This document shows, in pieces, positions 19,162 through 26,686 of a DNA stretch of 42,137 nucleotides. Both the position numbers and the translations under genes were made by a program. This DNA is from Spirochaetaceae bacterium. Lineage in GTDB: Bacteria > Spirochaetota > Spirochaetia > UBA9216. Numbering within the stretch: position 1 is the first letter of the stretch; each line of letters starts with the position of its first letter. Location of the stretch: contig JAQQAK010000197.1 in assembly GCA_028527945.1 (NCBI GenBank), positions 1 to 42,137 on the forward strand, read 5' to 3'. The notes beneath the pieces were generated by a model. It worked only from the letters and a program-made list of their open reading frames with translations, did no database searches and was not told where the DNA came from.

Positions 19162-20434
19162 AGGCTGAATCTCTATTATTGTTTTTCAGAAGTATTTTTA
19201 GTTTTTCTTCCGCCTCAGAAGGTGTTTTGCTTGCTTTTACGATCTCTGCCACGGTGTCGTATCCCAGGACGGTGCTGTAGGAGGTGGCATAAGCAAATGA
19301 ACGTTTTAGAAGTTTTTCACAATTTATTTTGTTTGGAATCAAAACCGATATACATTTTTCATCAAAAATACATACCGCACGTTCCAAAAGATTCAGGCTT
19401 TCAAGCATAGAGTCGGCTATTAATGGAAAAAAGGCATTCAACTCAAATTCTCCATGAGCCGCTGCCATTGTTATCGCATTATCATTAGCAATAACTCGCA
19501 TCGCGCACTGCATAACCATTTCCGGAATTACTGGATTAACCTTCCCGGGCATTATGCTACTTCCTTTCTGCATTTCGGGAAGGGTTAACTCTCCAATTCC
19601 TCCCCTTGGCCCAGAGGCCATAAGGCGGATATCGTTTGCTATCTTCATCAGATTTACGGCAAGAGCCTTTAGCAGACCGGAAGTTTCCACAAAAACATCA
19701 TTATTCTGGGTGACATCCATTGGATATTCTGCCGAGGCAAGTCCTATGCCTGTGAGTTCCCGTAGAATCTCTATTATTCTGAAACGATACTTCCGCTCTG
19801 CGTTATCGTATCGACCTACTGCTGTTCCTCCAATGTTAACTTGCCTCAGACGTTCTTCAACCTTGTACAAGCGCCATCGGTCCCGGGCAATAGCTTGGGC
19901 ATAGGCTCCAAACTCACTTCCAAGAGTTATTGGAACAGCGTCCATCAGTTCTGTTCTTCCAAGTTTTTTTATCTCATCAAATTCCTTTTCTCTCGTCTGT
20001 AAGCTTTCCTGAAGTTTGGCACATGCATCGCTTAAATTTCGCAATAGTCTGACTGCTGCTATTCGAAGAGCTGTAGGGTAGACATCGTTTGTTGATTGTC
20101 CACGGTTTACATCGTTTAGTGGATGAACCAGTCTTCCTGTTTTTTCTGAAGCAGCCGTGGCAATGACTTCATTAAGATTCATATTTGTTGATGTTCCAGC
20201 TCCTCCCTGAAGGGCTTCTATGATAAAACTGTCATCAAATTCACCGTTGATAATTCTGTCGCATATTTCGGCTATACAATTGTACATTTCTGGTTTTATG
20301 TTAAGTTCTTCATATGTTAGAGCGGCCGCTTTCTTTACTACGGCAATAGCGTAAATCAAATTTATATTTGTTTTTTTATGATTCAAACTGAAATTATTCA
20401 TGGCTGATTCTGTTTCTTTTCCGTAATATGTCAT
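19154..20434 (-). CDS. Aspartate ammonia-lyase/class II fumarase superfamily protein (hyd-cluster-associated lyase)
   Basis: It carries the superfamily signature GSSIMPGKVNPVIPE. At 426 aa it is shorter than canonical AspA/FumC. The ATG overlaps the hydF stop (ATGA). Confidence 0.8.
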   Translation of the reverse strand: MTYYGKETESAMNNFSLNHKKTNINLIYAIAVVKKAAALTYEELNIKPEMYNCIAEICDRIINGEFDDSFIIEALQGGAGTSTNMNLNEVIATAASEKTGRLVHPLNDVNRGQSTNDVYPTALRIAAVRLLRNLSDACAKLQESLQTREKEFDEIKKLGRTELMDAVPITLGSEFGAYAQAIARDRWRLYKVEERLRQVNIGGTAVGRYDNAERKYRFRIIEILRELTGIGLASAEYPMDVTQNNDVFVETSGLLKALAVNLMKIANDIRLMASGPRGGIGELTLPEMQKGSSIMPGKVNPVIPEMVMQCAMRVIANDNAITMAAAHGEFELNAFFPLIADSMLESLNLLERAVCIFDEKCISVLIPNKINCEKLLKRSFAYATSYSTVLGYDTVAEIVKASKTPSEAEEKLKILLKNNNRDSACE

Positions 20435-21645
20435 TTGTCAGCTGGCTCCAGAACAGAGGCTAATCCGGGGAAAATAGCGATACTTCGTTTAAGTATTCCC
20501 TGCATATAAGCAATTGTTATTCCGTAATTTGTGAATGGAATCTTCTGATCCATCGAACATTTCATGCGGTAAACCATTTCTCTCCCTGTAAGCATGCAGC
20601 CGCCGCAATGTATGATTAAAGAATATTGTTCAAGCTCATCGGGAAATTCTGTTCCAGAAACTGTTTCAATAGAGATAGATTTTCCTGTGTAGTTTCTAAG
20701 CCACCGCGGGATTTTTACGCTTCCTATGTCATCGCATTGCCTATGATGGGAGCACCCCTCCGCTATAAGTACCCGGTCTCCGTCTTTCAGAAATTCTACT
20801 GCCGCAACGCCTTTGACTGCAGTGTTTAAAAAGCCTTTGTATCTGGCCATAAGTATGGAAAAGGAGGTTAGGGGAATATCTGGAGGAGTGTCGGCCGAAA
20901 CCTTCGCGAAGACCTGACTGTCTGTAATTACCATCGCAGGTTTTTCTCCAAGTTTTTCAAGGGTTCCCCTCAGTTCGAACTCTTTTACTACAATGGCCGC
21001 TGCGTCAGCCTCAAGGATATCTCTTATCGTCTGCTGCTGCGGGAGAATCAGACGCCCTTTTGGCGCAGCCTTATCAACCGGGACTACAAGTATTACGAAA
21101 TCGTCAGGATTAATAAGATCGCCAACAATCTGCAGCTTCGAATCTCTTACATCAATAGATTTGGAAATTTTTTCTTTTAGCTCATTTATTCCTGTTTTCT
21201 GAATAGCGCTTGTACATATTTCATGTGAATTATTTGTTGGTAGATTATCTTCAAGATCGCATTTATTTAGCACAACGATATAAGGAATATTTTTTTGTTT
21301 AAATATTTCAATCAGCTCTTTTTCACAACCATCTTGAGCTTCTGTAATATCTGTTACAAGAACTGCGACATCTGTTTTATTCAGAACCTGTTTTGTTTTT
21401 TTTACGCGCATTTCTCCAAGTTTTCCTGAATCGTCAAAACCTGGGGTGTCAATAATCATTACCGGGCCCATTGGCAGTAATTCCATTGCCTTGTACACCG
21501 GATCTGTTGTTGTTCCTTTTTGGTCTGAAACAAGAGCAATATCCTGATCTGTTACCGCGTTTACAATACTGGACTTTCCAGCGTTTCTTCGTCCGAAGAA
21601 TCCTATGTGTATACGATTTGCCGATGGTGTATCATTCATTCCCAT
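20431..21645 (-). CDS. hydF: [FeFe]-hydrogenase H-cluster maturation GTPase HydF
   Basis: The N-terminal GTPase G1 motif is GRRNAGKSS. The C-terminal cluster-binding motif is CSHH...(about 45 aa)...HCGGC. SD GGGGAGG lies 5-6 nt upstream of the ATG. Confidence 0.88.
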   Translation of the reverse strand: MGMNDTPSANRIHIGFFGRRNAGKSSIVNAVTDQDIALVSDQKGTTTDPVYKAMELLPMGPVMIIDTPGFDDSGKLGEMRVKKTKQVLNKTDVAVLVTDITEAQDGCEKELIEIFKQKNIPYIVVLNKCDLEDNLPTNNSHEICTSAIQKTGINELKEKISKSIDVRDSKLQIVGDLINPDDFVILVVPVDKAAPKGRLILPQQQTIRDILEADAAAIVVKEFELRGTLEKLGEKPAMVITDSQVFAKVSADTPPDIPLTSFSILMARYKGFLNTAVKGVAAVEFLKDGDRVLIAEGCSHHRQCDDIGSVKIPRWLRNYTGKSISIETVSGTEFPDELEQYSLIIHCGGCMLTGREMVYRMKCSMDQKIPFTNYGITIAYMQGILKRSIAIFPGLASVLEPADK

Positions 21646-21669
21646 GTTTACCTCCCCGTTTATAACCGC

Positions 21670-21709
21670 AAAAAAAAAGATAGCCGTACCCTGACGGATA
21701 CGGCTATCT
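21670..21709 (-). terminator. Intrinsic terminator-like hairpin plus U-run, lying between the TM1266-like gene and hydF
   Basis: The stem is a perfect 11 bp (21678-21688 pairs with 21699-21709) with a 10-nt loop. On the minus strand it is followed by nine T residues (21678-21670). The U-run ends 24 nt before the hydF ATG. Confidence 0.7.
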
Positions 21710-21846
21710 TGCGCTTTCGTGATTAATAGCTATATCGAACTTTCGTCTCAATAAAAATTTTGACGTCAGGTGATACTTTGCTTCAGGAACTTTTGTTCCC
21801 AATATATGTAACCGGGGTTTTTATGTCCCGATATTGTCTAATATTT

Positions 21847-22110
21847 TTAAGTGTCTGCCTTATTTATAATATTTGAATAGACTGTTTTGGCTGAAACACC
21901 ATTAAGTCTGCCAATCTTTCCTGCAAGATTGTTAATGATGTCCTGCGGGGCATCAATAGCGACGCTTATAATATTAACACCCTTTTCTTTGTATGGAAGC
22001 CCCATTCGCCCAATAATGTAAGAACCTGTTTCATGCAATAAGGCGTTAATCTGAGTTGCAGAATCTCTGCTCTCCGCTATTATTGAAATAACGGCTACTC
22101 TTGTTTCCAT
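21847..22110 (-). CDS. Small ACT-like protein of the TM1266 family (putative iron-only hydrogenase system regulator)
   Basis: The ~87-aa sequence METRVAVISII...SYIIGRMGLPY...VNIISVAIDAP matches my recollection of the TM1266-type family that accompanies hydE/F/G. I chose the ATG at 22110, preceded by GGAGGAAAC; the ORF-track start at 22143 falls inside the putative promoter. Confidence 0.65.
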   Translation of the reverse strand: METRVAVISIIAESRDSATQINALLHETGSYIIGRMGLPYKEKGVNIISVAIDAPQDIINNLAGKIGRLNGVSAKTVYSNIINKADT

Positions 22111-22128
22111 GTTTCCTCCATTTAAACA

Positions 22129-22156
22129 ATTATTCACACACATGGTTAAATGTCAA
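22129..22156 (-). promoter_or_regulatory. Putative sigma70-type promoter for the TM1266-like gene and the downstream operon
   Basis: On the minus strand there is a perfect -35 TTGACA (22156-22151), a 16-nt spacer and -10 AATAAT (22134-22129, 5/6 match). It lies about 20 nt upstream of the SD/ATG at 22110. Confidence 0.4.
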
Positions 22157-22179
22157 GGAATTAACTTGTAAAAAAGTTA

Positions 22180-22994
22180 TCACTTCTCAAAAAGCACTAT
22201 GCACTCGGTAATATAATTTTCCGGCCTGCTTATTAGTATTGATCCAGGGCCTTTTACAAAATGCTCAATGATTGGAAGCTTTGGTGTATATCCCTTTTTA
22301 TGGCAGTAGTTGAAAAGCCTCAGGTATGTGCTTCCCTGTCCGCCGTAGTTGCCCCTGTAAATGGTCTTGACTGCGTGAAGGTTTTCAATGCTTTTATAAT
22401 TTAGCCCTTTTATCTGAATCTCTTTATGGCTTTCCATGCCAGCTTCCATTTTTGCTCCATCTTCCTTATATTCAAGGTTATAATAAAATCAGTAGGGTTT
22501 TCCTTTTCCATAGCGGCCGGCCTTCTTGTATAACTCTTTGAAGGCTGTTCCAATTTCATCATACCTTCCGGTTAAGGGGATGAAGAGAAAGTGGGGGATA
22601 CTGACAAGGCATTCCTGAATTTCGTGGAGGCTGAAATCTCTTCGGTTTTTATTTGCTCTTCAAGGGATAAAAGTCTGTTCTCCATCTTTTTCAATTCTGA
22701 AGCCTTTAAGCGGATCTCGCTTATTTTTTCCTGTATGAAAGATTTTAGATCTTCCTCGGCCTCACACTTTTCAAGAATTGTTTTTATCTCCTTAAGAGAG
22801 AAGCCAAGCTGCTTGAGACTGATAATTGAGTTTGCCCTGTTGAAGGAATCGTTATCGTAATAGCGGTAACCGGTCATCTCATCTATCTTCACCGGAACAA
22901 GAATGCCCAGCTCGTGGTAATACCTGAGAGTCTTTACAGTCAGTCTTGTAACCTGAGAAAATTCTCCTATTGAAAGCATTGCTCCCTCCATCAA
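22180..22994 (-). pseudogene. MerR-family regulator with a GyrI-like (BmrR-type) effector domain, disrupted by a frameshift and an in-frame TGA
   Basis: The 22572..22994 ORF encodes the MerR HTH (LSIGEFSQVTRLTVKTLRYYHELGIL) plus a coiled coil. It then runs into a stop. The GyrI-like continuation (..GRYDEIGTAFKELYKKAGRYGKGKPY*) is in another frame and hits TGA at 22489-22491. The remainder continues in that same frame as ORF 22180..22449. Confidence 0.65.
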
Positions 22995-23054
22995 TTATTT
23001 AGAATGTGACGAAGGGAATGAAAAGGCCTTTTTTGTTTTAATAAGGCTCTGAAC

Positions 23055-23678
23055 CTATGCCTTTTTAACCGGCTGACGGATTATTGTTTTAAGCTTGTCC
23101 AGAGATGATACCCGCTTTGGACTGTTGAAGTATATTTCGCGGTGACGGCCTGTCAGGCAGTATCCCCATTGCTCAATCTGTTTGTGCATTTCAGCTATAT
23201 GGGGAGCTTCATCGGCATAGGGGCCAAAGTACAGAAACTGCGCGGAAAGGCCATCTGTCAGGGTTTCAAGTTTTGCTCTCTCGAGCCCCGCGGGGTTCTT
23301 TTTTTCTTTAAGCTTTGCTCTTGCAGCCTCAAAGGTATCAGTTTCAACAAAGTCGGGCACGGCTATCATTGCGTTCCAGTTCCAGTCATCCTTTGCCAAG
23401 GCCGCAAAGTCTTTTGGAACATCAGACCACCACTGACCTTCAAGAGGCATTACTACAAAATCGTTTCCCCTTTTCTTGCAGTCGAATTTGATTGTGTAAG
23501 CCATACCGAAAAGAACTCCCATGGCATCCTGGTATTCCTGTGAGGTATTCGGATTACCCCTTCCCTGAAAGCTTATGTACTTGACAGGCGGAACGTCAAT
23601 AAGCTGAACCTTTCTCTTTGCTGTATAGAAGGTTTTGAGGGTCTTTTTCATGTCGAGCTTTTCGTTTTTCTTTTCCAT
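23055..23678 (-). CDS. GyrI-like small-molecule-binding domain protein
   Basis: The 207-aa sequence pattern (KYISFQGRGNPNTS..., MPLEGQWW, YFGPY) is typical of stand-alone GyrI-like/SOUL-fold proteins. Confidence 0.55.
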   Translation of the reverse strand: MEKKNEKLDMKKTLKTFYTAKRKVQLIDVPPVKYISFQGRGNPNTSQEYQDAMGVLFGMAYTIKFDCKKRGNDFVVMPLEGQWWSDVPKDFAALAKDDWNWNAMIAVPDFVETDTFEAARAKLKEKKNPAGLERAKLETLTDGLSAQFLYFGPYADEAPHIAEMHKQIEQWGYCLTGRHREIYFNSPKRVSSLDKLKTIIRQPVKKA

Positions 23679-23681
23679 GTT

Positions 23682-24062
23682 TTACCTTCCTCCCAAGGCT
23701 ATATAGTCATAAAATTCTTTTTCTGTTTTATATATATCTTCTGCTGTATGTGAAAGCTTTGCAAGTTTTGTTTTTAGTTCCTGCGAGTTTTTAAGAGCCC
23801 TTTTATCTTCTGACAGGTTTTTCATCCCGAAAGCGAGTTTCGTCCATTTGTCCACTGCCGGTTCAAGCCCTTTTGCAGCGCCAATAATAAAGGTATTACC
23901 GCTTTCGTTCCCTGTTTTTTCAAGAAAGTTATAGTACATCTTTCTGAATGCGGCCTCTCCCGTGCCGTTTGTTTCTATGCAGCCGTAGTGGCAAGCCTTC
24001 CATCCAGAGCCCGCACAGCCAAAGAGGCTGCTTACACCCAAAAGAATTATTATCTCTCTCAT
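23682..24062 (-). CDS. Hypothetical small lipoprotein
   Basis: From the ATG at 24062 the protein starts MREIIILLGVSSLFGC-AG, a signal peptide plus lipobox. I recognise no family. Confidence 0.45.
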   Translation of the reverse strand: MREIIILLGVSSLFGCAGSGWKACHYGCIETNGTGEAAFRKMYYNFLEKTGNESGNTFIIGAAKGLEPAVDKWTKLAFGMKNLSEDKRALKNSQELKTKLAKLSHTAEDIYKTEKEFYDYIALGGR

Positions 24063-24241
24063 AGTATTCTCATTGAAATAATTGTTGAGCAGAATATAAA
24101 CCCTACAGTAAGGGGGAGAGGCAAGATAAAAATTGAAAGAGGCTCTACTACAACAACGAAAGCTGTTTATCAACGGGTTTTTCTTTGGGTGAAAACTCCG
24201 GCTGCTGCTTTCTATGTTTGAGTATATATAATATTGATATT

Positions 24242-25189
24242 CTACAGCTTTCGGTAATCCTTCGGCAGGAGCCCTGTATAGCGTTTAAAAAGTTCTGTAA
24301 ATCGGCTGGCATTATTGTAGCCAACGGCACGTGCAATCTGACCTACTGTCAAATCTGTGTATTGAAGCAGATGTTGCGCTTGACTAATTCTACATTTTTG
24401 AATGTATTCCGTTATTGTACAGCCGTTAATCTCTTTAAACATATCCTTTAACTTTGTAGCACTAATTCCGGCTATACGAGTCAAAGTTCTCTGGTTCAGA
24501 TTATCAGCATAGTGATCATGAATATACATAGAAACAATTTTAATGCTTTCCTGAGCAGTTGCTGATATTTTCTCCTTTTTTCTATGGCTAAGCTCTCGCT
24601 GATATTTAACAAGCAAAGAAACAGCCTCTACAACCTTTGCCTCATAATAGAGCCTGGCCGAAGAGCCATCTCCTTTATAGTTCTTTATTTGGTTTAAAAG
24701 AGAAACCATCTCTGGAAAATTTGATGTCGCAATAAAAGAGCGAAAAATATTTTCAAGATTGCTAAACTCTCCGGGGTAGTTTGTTTCAAGATAGTTATTG
24801 TAGTATTCTGGTCGTATCTCTATGCCGGTAGATCGTATTGGAATATTTTTATGGATAATTGCCCTAAATGCCTTTTCTCCGCCACTCCCTGTACGGATCG
24901 TGTTAGGGTAGAATGGCTTATACGGCGATAACTCTTCTCCTGATATGGATTCATAGTATGTTACAGACAAGCCCTCTGGTAGATCTGTATCAAAAACCTG
25001 ATCTTCATTGTAATAAAAATCGTGTATCTTTATATTAAATAGCTCGTTTGGTTCGTAGATCCAGTATATCCCTTTACCGAGTCCAGGCGGAAGAGTGAAA
25101 TATTTTCCAAGTTTCCCGAAGCGTTCTTCATTCTCTACAGGTACGAATTTAACTTCGTCCAGAAATGAATCGTATGTTTTTCCAGCCAT
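24242..25189 (-). CDS. AraC-family transcriptional regulator
   Basis: The C-terminus carries the double HTH typical of AraC/XylS (..TLTRIAGISATKLKDMFK.., ..VGQIARAVGYNNASRFTELFKRYTGLLPKDYR). It is divergent from a binding-protein gene. Confidence 0.85.
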   Translation of the reverse strand: MAGKTYDSFLDEVKFVPVENEERFGKLGKYFTLPPGLGKGIYWIYEPNELFNIKIHDFYYNEDQVFDTDLPEGLSVTYYESISGEELSPYKPFYPNTIRTGSGGEKAFRAIIHKNIPIRSTGIEIRPEYYNNYLETNYPGEFSNLENIFRSFIATSNFPEMVSLLNQIKNYKGDGSSARLYYEAKVVEAVSLLVKYQRELSHRKKEKISATAQESIKIVSMYIHDHYADNLNQRTLTRIAGISATKLKDMFKEINGCTITEYIQKCRISQAQHLLQYTDLTVGQIARAVGYNNASRFTELFKRYTGLLPKDYRKL

Positions 25190-25204
25190 CTTTTTCCTTT
25201 ACCA

Positions 25205-25236
25205 TGATCAGCCATATTTTTAGCCTGATCAGCCAT
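25205..25236. promoter_or_regulatory. Direct repeat TGATCAGCCAT x2 with 21-bp period in the divergent AraC/binding-protein promoter region (candidate operator)
   Basis: Identical 11-mers lie at 25205-25215 and 25226-25236, each followed by a T-rich tail. Two helical turns of spacing is the classic arrangement of AraC-type half-sites. Confidence 0.45.
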
Positions 25237-25329
25237 TTTTTCATGCAATTTATTGTAGCACTTAATATTTATGTTTTACAATAAAGTTAGTTAATTGAGG
25301 TTAATAAATAGTGTAAAGGAGAAATAATA

Positions 25330-26475
25330 GTGAAAAGACTATTAATATTGCTATCAATATTTTTTACCGCAAGCTTTGTCTTTGCGGGAGGGGCGCAGGA
25401 AACTCAGACTTCAAGCGCTTCAGTAAAAGTTCACTCAGACTCTAACTCTTCTGATAATCCAGATTGGTTAGTAGAAAATACTGAAGATCATATAATTGTT
25501 TTGGACAATAGGGGGAATGAAGTCACAATAAAAAAGCCTGTCAAGAAAATTATTTCGTTGGGAATGGGAGAACTATACTCTTGCGCGAGAGCCATTGACG
25601 CAAAGGAGCTTATTATCTCAGTAAATTCTTATGTCTCGAGAAATTTAGTTTTCTTCCCGGATTTTGCAAACCTTCCTGTAATATCTGATTCTCAGGATGG
25701 CGTTGATCAGGAAAAAATACTCGAAATGGATCCGGATGTCATATTCATGAAAAATGAATTTTATGGCCAGATCAATGATACTATTCGCGACTCATATCCG
25801 ACTGTTTATATTGCCTTCGATAAGCCGGAAGATATAGAGATGTTTGGCGCAATTGTTGGAAAGGAAGATGAAGCCGCGGAATATTTTGAATGGATGAACG
25901 GCTACCTGAATATGATTGACAGCAGGATTTCTCAGCTGGCTGAAGAAGATTATCAGGATGTATTTGTATTCTATGGAGGTGAATACGGAATGACTCCTCC
26001 TCCACCATATGGAACTTTTGGTAAGGCTAATCTCCGTAATGAGATTATCAGGCGTGCTGGTGGTATAAATATTGCCGAGAATCTTGACGGTGACTGGATT
26101 ACTGTAGATCCGGAATGGCTGATTGAAAAAGATCCTGAAATGATTGTTAGAGAGTTTTATATTACGACTTCTTCACCCGCAATGGGCTATAGCGTAAGCA
26201 ATCACTCAGATGCTGCAACCATGCTTCAAACATTAATTAAACAGCCTGCTATTGAGGCTACAACTGCTGTAAAAACAGGTAATGTTTCAATGATTTTTGG
26301 TGATATTTTTGAGGACTCCTGGTTTGTTGGAGTTGCCTACCTTGCAAAACTTTTCCATCCTGACCTTTTTGAGGATCTTGATCCTGTCAAAATGCATCAG
26401 GAATTCCTGAATCATTTTCAGGGACTCGATTATGATATGAATACTCAGGGAGTATTTGTTGAATCGTTAAAGTAG
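25330..26475 (+). CDS. Periplasmic binding protein, FecB/BtuF (iron-siderophore/cobalamin) type, secreted
   Basis: The GTG start is preceded by AAGGAGA. An N-terminal signal peptide is present. The size and sequence resemble class III (Peripla_BP_2) binding proteins. No cognate permease or ATPase genes are adjacent. Confidence 0.65.
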   Translation: MKRLLILLSIFFTASFVFAGGAQETQTSSASVKVHSDSNSSDNPDWLVENTEDHIIVLDNRGNEVTIKKPVKKIISLGMGELYSCARAIDAKELIISVNSYVSRNLVFFPDFANLPVISDSQDGVDQEKILEMDPDVIFMKNEFYGQINDTIRDSYPTVYIAFDKPEDIEMFGAIVGKEDEAAEYFEWMNGYLNMIDSRISQLAEEDYQDVFVFYGGEYGMTPPPPYGTFGKANLRNEIIRRAGGINIAENLDGDWITVDPEWLIEKDPEMIVREFYITTSSPAMGYSVSNHSDAATMLQTLIKQPAIEATTAVKTGNVSMIFGDIFEDSWFVGVAYLAKLFHPDLFEDLDPVKMHQEFLNHFQGLDYDMNTQGVFVESLK

Positions 26476-26686
26476 ACAAGTCTGATATTATTCACAGCCC
26501 CGCAAAAAATCTTTTATGCTGGGTTGTGATATTATAACTCCGCCGATTTAAATTTCATAAATATTCAAAACTCTCAATCTTGCTACACTCATTGGTTGTT
26601 CTAATTACAGAAAAAAATATTTTGATGAAATTTATATCTGTTTTTTTGGTAGGCGATTAAGGGTTGTTGATTCTCCTTCATGAGGT

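Noticed and set aside
21761-21768. The palindrome TGACGTCA as a CRP/FNR-type site
   Set aside because: It is only 8 bp, its flanks are not symmetric, and its position relative to the putative -35 does not fit class I or II spacing. I mention it only inside the leader finding.
26494-26530. Hairpin CACAGCCCC...GGGGTTGTG after the binding-protein gene, considered as an intrinsic terminator
   Set aside because: The stem includes a G-U pair, the loop is about 19 nt, and no T-run follows. It is too weak to call. The same applies to the GAAAGCC/GGCTTTC pair at 35132-35167.
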